A DNA stretch of 60,183 bases from Deferribacterales bacterium (GTDB lineage Bacteria; Chrysiogenota; Deferribacteres; Deferribacterales; Geovibrionaceae): contig JBFWMA010000010.1 in the NCBI GenBank assembly GCA_050251875.1, forward strand, positions 28,035 to 88,217. The letters are read 5' to 3'. A model generated the notes under the pieces. It had not been told where the DNA came from. It worked only from the letters and a program-made list of their open reading frames with translations, and did not search any database. Every line of letters begins with the position of its first letter. Within the stretch, counting starts at the first letter, position 1. Below, piece by piece: positions 39,987 to 49,309 of this stretch. The position numbers were made by a program, and so were the translations under genes.

Positions 39987-40490
39987 TTATGCCTCCTTTA
40001 CTGTATATGTAAGATTTATCGTTTTTATCAGCGTCCTGGTTTCAGTTGAGATGATAGGTTCCGTGATCTTAATAGCGACCACTGATTTAGCGTCTTTCAC
40101 ACCCACCAACTTGTCTTCTGCAAACACTTTACGCTGCACCTTCTCTGCCTTGATCTTCACCCAGACATCATTCACAACAGTTTTTGACGGCAGGGCTGCC
40201 AGGAACAGCAACGCCAATACTTCGGCATCACTGTTGGTTTTATGTGTTATCTCCACTTCAACAGGGATTACACGCACATAGCGCTGTTTATACCTGGTCT
40301 CTGTATCAGTTGTGCGAACAATGCCGACAAGATCAACATCCTGAGTTAAGACATCGTCACCGCAGGAGACAGTAGCGTATGGCGTCTTTTTCAGGATGTT
40401 GGTCTTGTGGGCATCTGTAACGTTTGCCCCATCCAGACCACAGTCGTTAAAAACCGTTTGTATCAGCGCTAAAATATCTGTACTGGTCAT
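39987..40490 (-). CDS. Tail terminator/completion protein candidate
   Basis: Synteny (Mu gp37 position). Confidence 0.5.
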   Translation of the reverse strand: MTSTDILALIQTVFNDCGLDGANVTDAHKTNILKKTPYATVSCGDDVLTQDVDLVGIVRTTDTETRYKQRYVRVIPVEVEITHKTNSDAEVLALLFLAALPSKTVVNDVWVKIKAEKVQRKVFAEDKLVGVKDAKSVVAIKITEPIISTETRTLIKTINLTYTVKEA

Positions 40491-40987
40491 ATACCGATTA
40501 CCCCTCTCAGATACTCTTCACAGATATGACGGATCTCTGATTTCGCTTTGTCACTCTTACCAAAGTCAGGCACGATCTCTCTTTTAGGTATTGTTACCTG
40601 CTTAACCATGCGCCATGAGCCGTCTGGCAGTTGAAAGCGGAGCGCCTTTGCATTCTTCGCTTTGATCACCATTCCGTCCTGATGCACATCCGGGTGTCTG
40701 TCCTCTGCTGCCTTAGCAACACCAACAGCAACACTGTCACTGGTTGCTTCGTATGTGATTGAATTATAGAGCTTACTTGTCTTTCTCAGCGCCTGACCGT
40801 TCCTGTTACCTTCCGGCCACGCTTCACCATCCAGCGTCTGCTCTTTATCCATAGCCATCTGGATCTCAGACCTCATATGCTCGCCGATCTCTTCCATCAG
40901 CTCGCCTGTTTCTGACATAGCAGCCAGGGTTCTGGTGACAGCAGACTGGAGCTGAGACATATCCATCTTGAACTCAATACCGCCCAT
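40487..40987 (-). CDS. Virion morphogenesis protein (Mu gpG/tail completion S family)
   Basis: LMEEIGE..DGEAWP..LYNSITY..VHQDG..IPKR. Confidence 0.8.
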   Translation of the reverse strand: MGGIEFKMDMSQLQSAVTRTLAAMSETGELMEEIGEHMRSEIQMAMDKEQTLDGEAWPEGNRNGQALRKTSKLYNSITYEATSDSVAVGVAKAAEDRHPDVHQDGMVIKAKNAKALRFQLPDGSWRMVKQVTIPKREIVPDFGKSDKAKSEIRHICEEYLRGVIGI

Positions 40988-40988
40988 C

Positions 40989-41417
40989 TCAGTACCCCCG
41001 CATATCAAACTCTCGGCGGGGCGAGATAGTCAGGAATTCATTATCTGATGTGGTACTGTCAGTTTTGGCTTCAGCAAGACCCAGATTCAGCTTGCCGTCT
41101 CTGATTGACTCCAGCAATTTATTTGCGGAATCAGACTGCTTCTGCAGATACATCAGCGCATTGTCAGTTGTCTTGTCTGTCTCCATCACTCCTGTGATAC
41201 CGCCCAGCGTGCGGTATGCAGTCAGCACGGAACAGCAGCGGTTAATTACCGCAGGGGTAGAGGTGAGGGGGAGTATATAACGTCCACGCAGAACATCATC
41301 AATCTCAGACGATACATCACTGATATGCTGTTCAATACGTCCGGCGTATGCCTCCGTAATTCTCTCTACCAGCTCGTCATCTATGTATTTTTTGATGTCA
41401 TCCACAGTGCAGTACAT
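40989..41417 (-). CDS. Head-tail adaptor, Mu gp36/DUF1320 family
   Basis: MYCTVDDI..SSEIDDVLRGRYILPL..LESIRDGKLNLG. Confidence 0.85.
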   Translation of the reverse strand: MYCTVDDIKKYIDDELVERITEAYAGRIEQHISDVSSEIDDVLRGRYILPLTSTPAVINRCCSVLTAYRTLGGITGVMETDKTTDNALMYLQKQSDSANKLLESIRDGKLNLGLAEAKTDSTTSDNEFLTISPRREFDMRGY

Positions 41418-41430
41418 ACTCCCCTCCTGA

Positions 41431-42411
41431 TTAACCTGTTACTGAAGTCGCCCAGCAGATCGCCCTTATTACCGGGGCGGGCAGGGGCTTACTCTCTGAC
41501 AGCACTTTCCATCCCTGCTCAGAGTCATTAACGGGTTTCATAAAGAACGGCAGAGCCTGAAGCCCGCCATCCAGATCGTCTATTGCTGCATACGCAAGAG
41601 TGTGGGGAGCGGCGAGGGCGATACACATGATCTCGTTAGCTGCCACTGTCGGCACATATACCTTAGTTTTCGGGTTATAGATCTCCTCGTTACGCAGGAT
41701 CACTTTGCCCGCCGCAGTGATTATAGTCTGCCCGTCCACACGCATAGATGTGCGTGAATCGTTAGGCGCTGATGCTATCAGTTTGTAGATAGCGAACCAG
41801 ACTGCCTGACCTGCCCAAAACTCTATGTCGCCATAGCCGGACTTTTTGACTTTTGTTGCCATATTCAACAGATCCTGTTCAACACTGGCCATTGTTGCGT
41901 CAGTAGCGTCAAACTTCTTTGACACTGTGTATGACTGGGTTGAACCATAATCCACAGTGTATGTTGCTGTTGAACCATCGTCTGTGATCACCGGCATCTC
42001 TATCTTGCCCTTCAGAGCGAGGACGGCCTGGTACTCTGTTGTGGCTCTGTTTGTCTGGCGCAGCTTATTTATTTTCTGCTGGCGCCACGCTTCAATGCCA
42101 TCGTTTGACAGCATTTTCAGGTTATTCAGATCCACAGCGGACAATGGTTCTTTAAGCCTGATAGGATAGGGTTCGACCCACTTAGCGCCTATTTCGGTAG
42201 TTCCCGATAAATTGACATATCTACCCCCACGGGTACTCAGCCCAACTGTCCTGATCTCAGTGAAGAGATCTGCAACAGGAATCACGGGTGCGGGAATAGT
42301 GACAACGTTTTTGTAAACGTTATCTATAGCCACTGAGCTAATACCACTCAGCAGGTTGAGCGAACGTATAAACGCCGCTTTCGAAAATACTTCACGAAGA
42401 TTGATATTCAT
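41431..42411 (-). CDS. Major capsid protein (lambda gpE-like family)
   Basis: 326 aa; TTEYQAVLALKGKI..VDYG, C-terminal SESKPLP; synteny. Confidence 0.8.
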   Translation of the reverse strand: MNINLREVFSKAAFIRSLNLLSGISSVAIDNVYKNVVTIPAPVIPVADLFTEIRTVGLSTRGGRYVNLSGTTEIGAKWVEPYPIRLKEPLSAVDLNNLKMLSNDGIEAWRQQKINKLRQTNRATTEYQAVLALKGKIEMPVITDDGSTATYTVDYGSTQSYTVSKKFDATDATMASVEQDLLNMATKVKKSGYGDIEFWAGQAVWFAIYKLIASAPNDSRTSMRVDGQTIITAAGKVILRNEEIYNPKTKVYVPTVAANEIMCIALAAPHTLAYAAIDDLDGGLQALPFFMKPVNDSEQGWKVLSESKPLPAPVIRAICWATSVTG

Positions 42412-42413
42412 TC

Positions 42414-42770
42414 TTAGCTCCTTGTCACAAAGAGTGCTGTGTTAGCTTCCAGAGCCGCAATGTCTGTATCTGTCACAGCTTCACCGCCTACAAGCAGTGT
42501 TTCTGCAAATACACATCCGTGGACGATAACATTACCGGCCTCGTCATCAGCCGGGGCTGTGCGCACCAACACCCCCACCGGGACGTTGACGGGCGCCTCG
42601 CCCTCAGGATCATAAGCCACAATGGCTGCTGACCCGTTTTTCGCTACTATGGTGCCTTCTGCGATGTCCTCAGAGTGGTCGGCCAGTCCGAGTGTACGCA
42701 CTACAGGAGAGTGGACATCATCCACGACCTGACTGTCTTTTGTTGATAAACTGAAAATTGTTCCCTTCAT
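42414..42770 (-). CDS. Head decoration protein
   Basis: GTIVAK..VPVGVL..VIVHGCV; between protease and capsid. Confidence 0.7.
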   Translation of the reverse strand: MKGTIFSLSTKDSQVVDDVHSPVVRTLGLADHSEDIAEGTIVAKNGSAAIVAYDPEGEAPVNVPVGVLVRTAPADDEAGNVIVHGCVFAETLLVGGEAVTDTDIAALEANTALFVTRS

Positions 42771-42773
42771 GTC

Positions 42774-43229
42774 TTACACCTGTCCCGGTTTTATTGTTTC
42801 CGGCTGTTCCTGTCTGCCGGGGTTTGCATCGCTGAAATCCAGCGTCAGGTCTGTGAGCTGAGGCAGACTGCCCATCAGCTCTTTGAACTTATCCAGCGGA
42901 GAGCCTTCACTGCCGCCCTCACTGAAGTTGATCACTGAGGAGCCTTTAGCCAGACCTTCTGCGAACTCCTGAACCTTTTTCCTGTCTCTCGGCAGCACAC
43001 GGTTATCAGCTACGAGTTTGTCACAGAACTGCGCTATGTCTGCTGTCGCCTGTTCTGTCTTTGTCTTATCCAGTTCAGAGCCTACTTTCTTCAGTTCCTC
43101 TTCTGCTTTTTCTGCCCTGCTCTTCTGCTGATCTCTGTCAGCAGTCAGGTCGTTCACCTGCTTTGTCAAGGCACTTACCTGCCCAGTGACAGCTTCAAGC
43201 TGCTTTTGCATCTCTTCAAGTGTCAACAT
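42774..43229 (-). CDS. Nested in-frame scaffold protein (Mu gpZ-like)
   Basis: Internal aaggaggg RBS just before ATG of MLTLEEMQKQ, start of the coiled coil. Confidence 0.65.
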   Translation of the reverse strand: MLTLEEMQKQLEAVTGQVSALTKQVNDLTADRDQQKSRAEKAEEELKKVGSELDKTKTEQATADIAQFCDKLVADNRVLPRDRKKVQEFAEGLAKGSSVINFSEGGSEGSPLDKFKELMGSLPQLTDLTLDFSDANPGRQEQPETIKPGQV

Positions 43230-43655
43230 AAAACCCTCCTTATTTTCGTTACTATCAGCGTATTCATACTGTTCATACTCAGCTCCTTCTTTAAAATTGA
43301 AGTCCTTCAGCCCCTTCACCGCAGGCGGCAGCGCACCCAGAAAACCGACATGGCGCAAGGTGCCGTCCGGGTACATACTGATACTGCGTTTTTTAAACAG
43401 CTTCTTATTTACCCATTCTTTAAACTCCGGCTGAACATCATGTATCTCAGCCATCAGCCTGTCGTTTTTCACCTGAAGCTCTTTTACCCAGGCATATGCC
43501 GGGGCGTTGTCTACAGGGTGTCCTATCACCACCGGTGCCTCATGTTCAGACTTGTTGTAGTCTGCGCTGATCTGCTGCAGTTCCGGCAGTGTCCACGTTT
43601 TTACATGGCCGCCTGCGTCTGTATGTGTTCCTGTGCGAAAAACCTCTATCAACAT
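42774..43655 (-). CDS. Prohead protease/scaffold (Mu gpI-like)
   Basis: IEVFRTGTHTD, HEAPVVIGHP..APAYAWV, LRHVGFLGALPPAVKGL, C-terminal coiled coil. Confidence 0.85.
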   Translation of the reverse strand: MLIEVFRTGTHTDAGGHVKTWTLPELQQISADYNKSEHEAPVVIGHPVDNAPAYAWVKELQVKNDRLMAEIHDVQPEFKEWVNKKLFKKRSISMYPDGTLRHVGFLGALPPAVKGLKDFNFKEGAEYEQYEYADSNENKEGFMLTLEEMQKQLEAVTGQVSALTKQVNDLTADRDQQKSRAEKAEEELKKVGSELDKTKTEQATADIAQFCDKLVADNRVLPRDRKKVQEFAEGLAKGSSVINFSEGGSEGSPLDKFKELMGSLPQLTDLTLDFSDANPGRQEQPETIKPGQV

Positions 43656-43658
43656 CTC

Positions 43659-43687
43659 TTGACCCCTTAAGTTTTTTAAACTATATT
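43659..43687 (+). promoter_or_regulatory. Sigma70-type promoter antisense to the late operon
   Basis: TTGACC (43659-64), 17 bp, TATATT (43682-87). Confidence 0.65.
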
Positions 43688-43692
43688 AAAAA

Positions 43693-43782
43693 CAGGTAGC
43701 GTACCCTGAACGACGGTCAGGCGGTTCGGTAATCAGCAAGGGTGCTATCTGCACGGTGGCCTGACACAACCGTGTTTTTTAT
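43693..43782 (+). ncRNA. Candidate ~90-nt structured small RNA with kissing loops and terminal U-run
   Basis: caggtagc/gctatctg, accct/agggt, gaac/gttc, cacggt/accgtg stems; loop gtcaggc complementary to loop gcctgac; followed by tttttt. Confidence 0.6.
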
Positions 43783-45029
43783 TTCTCTCTGTATGCCAAA
43801 ACGCCTACTCTTTGTTTCTCCAGATAATCCAGTATTAACTTTTCGTTCGCTGTCTCTGACTTAGGCGTAAACACGGTCGCAGGAAGGTATCTGCTGCCTG
43901 CCAGGTTAAACACTCCAAATCCACCAACCTTACCGTTATCTGTCATAAACAGACGCAGTAGTCTGGCGACAGGCATGGGCTTTTTCGCCACTTCCGCAGG
44001 CACAGTCCATACCTCATATGGATTCAGAATTGTTCTGGCTAGCAGACGGACATACTTTTCACGTCCGGACTTCTCAACTTTCCATGCGCCTGTCTGCTTA
44101 TCAATAAACAGTACCTTGCTGATAACAAACGGCAGACTGACACCGGGTACTGTGATTACCTTGCTCTCGTCTATGTCCAGTCCGAATTCAGACATGAACG
44201 CCTCAACGTACTTTTCAGGTTTTAGCCCGGGCCCCATGATGTCCTTGTCACTGAATGTCAGAATATGGCGTTTATCTATCTCGCCCAGCGGAGTCTTACA
44301 GCTATCAGCAAAACTCTTTGGACAGCGGGCCTTATCTGTCAGGTCTTTTATACTGTCTGTCTCAGACGGTGAGAGCTGTGCAAGCCCTGCCGCCGGTGAT
44401 CCAGAAAAACCCGCATCCGGCATAAGGACGACATTTGTCACTTCACCAGTATCAGGATCTACAAGATCAAACGTCTGACCTGTCAGATCATCCTGCTCAA
44501 TCTTCAGTCCCATCCGTTTAACCTGGTCTGCAGACAGTGGGGTCACCCCGCACCGGCAGCGGTAGCCATTCGGTGGGAACCATGTCATCCAGAATGCGTG
44601 ATCTCTGTGATAAACCTTGCCGTGCAGCGCTGCATGTGCAGGGCGTGTTGCAGAATCATTAACTGCAGAATACATCCAGTATTCTTTCAGCTTTGACTTG
44701 CGCATCTGCTGGTACTTACCGCCCATCAGAGCGGTCTGCATATTCGTGCGGAATATGTTATCTATCCTATAGCCTTTATCCTGAAAACCTGTCTTTGCCC
44801 ATACATCGCTGTTTTTAAAATCTTCATATGATTTGCCGCTTTTCACTGCGGCGCCTATCTGTTTGTATATCTCTGCGAGTACATCCTGCTTCGCAATGCC
44901 TGAGACAGTGAATGCACGCTGACGCTCAGTCTCTGTGAGTTTATTGAACTCTGACTTAGTCAGCGGAGTTTTACCTTCCCAGTAGTTCACAGCATCTTCA
45001 AAAGGCATCAGTTCCAGCGTACTCAACAT
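43779..45029 (-). CDS. MuF head morphogenesis protein with C-terminal PBECR2-like nuclease domain
   Basis: MuF motifs IFRTNMQTA, AVNDSATRPAH, PPNGYRCRC; ~180-aa extension with REKYVRLLARTILNPYEVW and YLEKQRVG. Confidence 0.78.
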   Translation of the reverse strand: MLSTLELMPFEDAVNYWEGKTPLTKSEFNKLTETERQRAFTVSGIAKQDVLAEIYKQIGAAVKSGKSYEDFKNSDVWAKTGFQDKGYRIDNIFRTNMQTALMGGKYQQMRKSKLKEYWMYSAVNDSATRPAHAALHGKVYHRDHAFWMTWFPPNGYRCRCGVTPLSADQVKRMGLKIEQDDLTGQTFDLVDPDTGEVTNVVLMPDAGFSGSPAAGLAQLSPSETDSIKDLTDKARCPKSFADSCKTPLGEIDKRHILTFSDKDIMGPGLKPEKYVEAFMSEFGLDIDESKVITVPGVSLPFVISKVLFIDKQTGAWKVEKSGREKYVRLLARTILNPYEVWTVPAEVAKKPMPVARLLRLFMTDNGKVGGFGVFNLAGSRYLPATVFTPKSETANEKLILDYLEKQRVGVLAYREK

Positions 45030-45043
45030 GTCCTCCTGTTTAT

Positions 45044-45067
45044 GTGTTTATAAACGTTTATAAACAC
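45044..45067. other. Perfect 24-bp palindrome in the portal-MuF intergenic region
   Basis: gtgtttataaacgtttataaacac equals its own reverse complement. Confidence 0.85.
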
Positions 45068-45145
45068 CCTCTGTGCCATTCTGTGGTTCATCTGGCACAC
45101 ATACCGCCCAACGTATTAAAACGGCGCTGAAACGGCTCATATCTG

Positions 45146-46648
45146 TTATGCGTCTAATGTCGTACCGAATCCCGCTGATACCACAGCCGCCTGTTCCAGA
45201 ACAGTCTGCAGTCCTGTGGTATCCAGATCAGGCAGCATCGCCGCCAGCCTGCCCATCAGATCATCATAGTCTGCGCTGTCTGCCACAGCCTGCCTGACCT
45301 GCTTTTCTATATCTTTCAATGACGACTTGCCGACAGCCACAGATACCAGATCTTCAATAGCCTGCTGTTCGGCTGTATATTTCTTCCCGGCAGAGTCAGA
45401 GAATGACAGACCCTGCTGTCCTGTATTTGTTGCAACCACGTCTATATCCTCATCTTCCAGGTTGTATGTTTTTGTGTAATAGCTCTTTCTGAAGCGCACA
45501 CCCTGCTTGTTAAGCTCGGTATCACGTTTTGATGTGTCATCCTGCTTCTCTTCCTCATCGCACGGCCAGATAAAGCTGGGAGATATAACACCATCCGGCA
45601 TATTCAGCTTTGTGTAGATATATGAAATCTCCTCCATAGCAGCCTTGACCAGTTTACGGTCTGCCGCCTGATATGCTTCCAATGTTCCGGCATGCACTTT
45701 ACCAGCGCTGTATGCGGCGCCGTCCTGAGACACGTCAGATGTCAGCGTCTGTCCCTGCAGCACTTTACTTATAGCGGCGTCCATATGGTCTATGAGCGCC
45801 TTGTGTACCTGCCCGCCTGTGCCTGATCCTGCTGACAGCAGTTCAACACCGCCACCCTGCGGGATGATTGCAACAGCATCCTGTACCATGTTTGTCAAAT
45901 TGTTCAGCATCTCTCTTTTATCCGCATATGCTGTGCCCTTTGCGTATTTACCTATCACCCACGGCATACCGAAACGCTCGGCGAAAGTTGCCCAGAATTT
46001 ACGGCCGCCACGTTTAAAAGCGACAGGCCAGAAGCATCTGGACAACAAACGCAGACCGTAGGGGTTTTTGTATGTCGGAAAATGGCGGGACAGTACAAAC
46101 TTATATTTAGGCAGAGGCTTGCCCATGTCTCCGGTATCCAGAGTCATAAAGCGAGGCTCATTATTATCGTTGAATTTAAACCAGTTTGTGGGGCGTGGGC
46201 GGAGATCCACCAGGCGGTAATAACCGTCTTTGATTTGCCACATCAGCTCAACAGGCACCATGCCGTACATGGGAGTGTCAAGGAGCTGCGCTATCAGGTT
46301 ATACAGATCTATATTCTCCAGATCTTTCACCAGCATCTGATGAACCTGTTCGGCCAGCGGAGTGGGTTGTTCATCAGTCAACTTGCCGGGGCTGAATAAA
46401 TAGTCCTCTCTCAGCGTTCCCATCTTGCGGCCCAGGGTTGCCGTTGTTACCTGATCGTCCCCCATCAGATCATCAAACACGGCGTCATCCTGTGACAGTT
46501 TACGCAGGATAGGATCGGGGTCGGGCAGTGTACCCAGCCAGTTGTATACTTCGCCACGGGTGACTCGTGTCGCATATTCATCCAACATCTGTGACTGTTG
46601 CGAAAAATCTAACCAGTTACCGTTAGCGTCATAGATTCCATCAGACAT
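45146..46648 (-). CDS. Portal protein (Mu gp29/DUF935)
   Basis: LPDPDPILRK, NPYGLRLLSRCFWP, FAERFGMPW, ISKVLQGQTLT. Confidence 0.9.
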   Translation of the reverse strand: MSDGIYDANGNWLDFSQQSQMLDEYATRVTRGEVYNWLGTLPDPDPILRKLSQDDAVFDDLMGDDQVTTATLGRKMGTLREDYLFSPGKLTDEQPTPLAEQVHQMLVKDLENIDLYNLIAQLLDTPMYGMVPVELMWQIKDGYYRLVDLRPRPTNWFKFNDNNEPRFMTLDTGDMGKPLPKYKFVLSRHFPTYKNPYGLRLLSRCFWPVAFKRGGRKFWATFAERFGMPWVIGKYAKGTAYADKREMLNNLTNMVQDAVAIIPQGGGVELLSAGSGTGGQVHKALIDHMDAAISKVLQGQTLTSDVSQDGAAYSAGKVHAGTLEAYQAADRKLVKAAMEEISYIYTKLNMPDGVISPSFIWPCDEEEKQDDTSKRDTELNKQGVRFRKSYYTKTYNLEDEDIDVVATNTGQQGLSFSDSAGKKYTAEQQAIEDLVSVAVGKSSLKDIEKQVRQAVADSADYDDLMGRLAAMLPDLDTTGLQTVLEQAAVVSAGFGTTLDA

Positions 46649-46649
46649 A

Positions 46650-48155
46650 CTATTCCCCTGTCATCCTGCTTGTTTCTCTGCGTCCTGCGCTCATCACGTC
46701 AGTCTCCAGAGCTTCTATATTGTTACGGGCATACACAGCCATAGCTTTCGCTATTACTATGTCACCGTGGTGTTTAACGCCTTTTGAGTTGATTCGTTTA
46801 CCGATTGTGGGTACGCCGTTTGCCGTTACCCATACTCTGTGGTCATCACGCACAGACTGTGTGTCAGGCATTCGCATACTGCCATCTTCCAGTCTGGTTT
46901 TATAACGGGGCATGTTCTCCTGGTACCATTTCTGATTCAGTTTAACCTCATGAACACGGTCAACGCCGTAGCGCAGGGCGGTGTTCTCCGCCACCTGAGC
47001 ACCGTTACCGGTGGCGTCAAGTGCCGCTCCTCCGAGGTTCACACGGTCAAGGATATAGAAGATGAATATTTCCTGGTCGCCAAAAGGAATGTTACGAAGC
47101 TCAAGCAGAAAGATGTCCCTGAAAGTGTCTCCGTCATCGATGCACGGATCCAGGATTGTTGCATCGCCATTACGGGCGAAGTCTTCACCGAACCACACAG
47201 TCTCAGAGCTATACATCTTCAGTAGAGGCGCAATGTTATCTTCACACCACAACAGGATTTCAACCTTACGCACTTCGGGATCAAGCAGCTTCCAGTCATC
47301 CTTTTTACCGAACTCCAGATACGGAATACCTTTCTCTAGGTTGTTTTCTACAACTGCGCTGGAGAAATAACTCTGCCCTGACTTTTTAGGAATACAGTCC
47401 AGCTCCTCATCAGCAGCATCTCCATACTGCGTATAGATAGATTCGACAAACGCATCTTCAGCTTCCTGTGACCATTCCTTTCCGGTTACAAGACAAATAC
47501 GTTTATAGAGTCCATCTGCTATGGCATCTCTGAATGTGACCGTGCGCAGGCTGTACGGCAGACGACCTTCCTTGATGTCTTTGATATATATTGCGAATGG
47601 GTTATCAACTCCGTTGTGTGTGCTGATTACTCTGACTTTACCGCCCCATATCAGCATCGCCAGAGCTGCTTTAAGCACCTCTGCTAGGTCTTCATGGAAA
47701 GCAGCTTCATCAATCACAATGATTCCCTGTTTCCCACGGAGGTTAGACGGGGCTGAAGAAAGGGCTGTTATTCTGTACCCGCTGGCCAGTTTGATGGTAT
47801 ATGTAAGGATGTCTTTGTCTTCGTCTTTAATAATCTCTTCATCTATATCAACAAGCTCATTGTGCAGCACACGGACAAACTCCGCAGCCGCAATGATGAA
47901 CTCTTGTGTCATGTCTTTGTTATAAGCAATGTACCAGATGTCGTCACCAATCTGTCCTGCAGCTGTCAGTACATCGTCAAGGATCTCACCGAATGTGCCG
48001 CCTATCCGGCGACTTTTTTCGAGAAACTTTACATCTGCATTATCCGCACACCAGTCAGACTGATACTTGAGCAGAACACGAATGTCGTCCATATTCGTTA
48101 CGGCGTTGATCGCCTTGATGTGTTTATCTGCACCCGGTGACATAGTTGGTGTCAT
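46650..48155 (-). CDS. Terminase large subunit (Mu gp28-like)
   Basis: EKSRRIGGT, NLRGKQG..VIDEAAFH, ISTHNG, GEDFARNGD, HGDIVIA. Confidence 0.92.
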   Translation of the reverse strand: MTPTMSPGADKHIKAINAVTNMDDIRVLLKYQSDWCADNADVKFLEKSRRIGGTFGEILDDVLTAAGQIGDDIWYIAYNKDMTQEFIIAAAEFVRVLHNELVDIDEEIIKDEDKDILTYTIKLASGYRITALSSAPSNLRGKQGIIVIDEAAFHEDLAEVLKAALAMLIWGGKVRVISTHNGVDNPFAIYIKDIKEGRLPYSLRTVTFRDAIADGLYKRICLVTGKEWSQEAEDAFVESIYTQYGDAADEELDCIPKKSGQSYFSSAVVENNLEKGIPYLEFGKKDDWKLLDPEVRKVEILLWCEDNIAPLLKMYSSETVWFGEDFARNGDATILDPCIDDGDTFRDIFLLELRNIPFGDQEIFIFYILDRVNLGGAALDATGNGAQVAENTALRYGVDRVHEVKLNQKWYQENMPRYKTRLEDGSMRMPDTQSVRDDHRVWVTANGVPTIGKRINSKGVKHHGDIVIAKAMAVYARNNIEALETDVMSAGRRETSRMTGE

Positions 48156-48673
48156 TGTCCGATCCCCAGTATCTCTTTTTTGATTCTGTTGATTACATCC
48201 TGCGACAATCCCGCTTTCTTGCTGATATTCTCAACTTTGGCGGCGGCGACTTTCGCTCTGTCTCTTATCTCTATTTTCAGCTTTTCACGGCTGACGACTG
48301 ACTTCTGCAGGTTTGCGAGGTCAGTCATTATCTTTGTGGATTTTTCCAGCTTAACCTTGTCATCTTTCAGCAGTTCAAGCAGCTTGCTGAGTATCAGCTT
48401 AGTTGTTGCTTCCTCCAGCAGCATTGCCGTGTCTTCATCTCCCACCAACGTCGCAGACTGCTCTTCTATCTGCCTGACATTCTTAACCACGTCAAAGAAC
48501 GCCTTACCCCAACGTCCAACTGCTGAACGGGAAATCTCATATCCCTGTTCATTGAGCCACTCGGTTGCTGCTTCATAGCTATCACCATCAACCAACATCC
48601 TGCGCAGTTCCTTGCGCACGGATTCCGGCAGTTCAGTATCTATGGTTGATCTGCGTTTGCTGTGTTCACCCAT
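48152..48673 (-). CDS. Mu gp27/DUF3486 family (small terminase)
   Basis: RRSTIDTELP..WLNEQGYEISRSAVGRW..IKKEILGI. Confidence 0.85.
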   Translation of the reverse strand: MGEHSKRRSTIDTELPESVRKELRRMLVDGDSYEAATEWLNEQGYEISRSAVGRWGKAFFDVVKNVRQIEEQSATLVGDEDTAMLLEEATTKLILSKLLELLKDDKVKLEKSTKIMTDLANLQKSVVSREKLKIEIRDRAKVAAAKVENISKKAGLSQDVINRIKKEILGIGQ

Positions 48674-48917
48674 TCAGTTCAGCCTCTATTTCAGCTATGT
48701 TGTTGTCCAGCTCTACCGCATGCGTGTGTATTTTGTGCAGCTCTTCTGCCGCATACATGATTGATTCAGTGTCTATGTCTGTGAGCTTTGTGACTTTATA
48801 GAGCGCCAGGTCATTTGTAATGCTCTCCATCAGAGCCTCGGCTTTGAAGCCAAGTTTACGGCGCTGATCCTTCAGCTCCTGCTGTTTGCCTTTCAGTATC
48901 AGTCTCTGATTGCTCAT
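48666..48917 (-). CDS. Hypothetical coiled-coil phage protein
   Basis: Coupled ORF starting MSNQRLILKG. Confidence 0.6.
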   Translation of the reverse strand: MSNQRLILKGKQQELKDQRRKLGFKAEALMESITNDLALYKVTKLTDIDTESIMYAAEELHKIHTHAVELDNNIAEIEAELNG

Positions 48918-49309
48918 ACGCTCGGTCTCCCTTTCTCCCTGACTATCGGGCATATCTGGTTATTCTTTGCTATATCCTTCATCTCTGTGAGCTCACGGAT
49001 ATTCATAACAACGGTGTCATGCAGGTCACTGCTCAGACGCAGAAATCCCTTAACCAGCTCTGCGTTGTTTTCATACATCTTCTTGAACTCTTGATTCGAT
49101 GTACTCGCCACTTTCACAAACTCGTCCACCTGCGTCCGCATAGCCTTTGCATTGTCATCTTGCTGTTTGCGCAGAGTCACTGTTATCCATATCAGCAGCG
49201 CCCAGGGTGTCACGCATACTGCGATTATCAGGGTTCCGATGGGCCATGTGCCGACGCGCTCAAGCAAAGTAGCTACTGCGGAAATCATTGCTACTTGTTC
49301 AGGTGTCAT
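48914..49309 (-). CDS. Hypothetical membrane protein of the lysis region
   Basis: TM helix followed by coiled coil. Confidence 0.6.
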   Translation of the reverse strand: MTPEQVAMISAVATLLERVGTWPIGTLIIAVCVTPWALLIWITVTLRKQQDDNAKAMRTQVDEFVKVASTSNQEFKKMYENNAELVKGFLRLSSDLHDTVVMNIRELTEMKDIAKNNQICPIVREKGRPSV

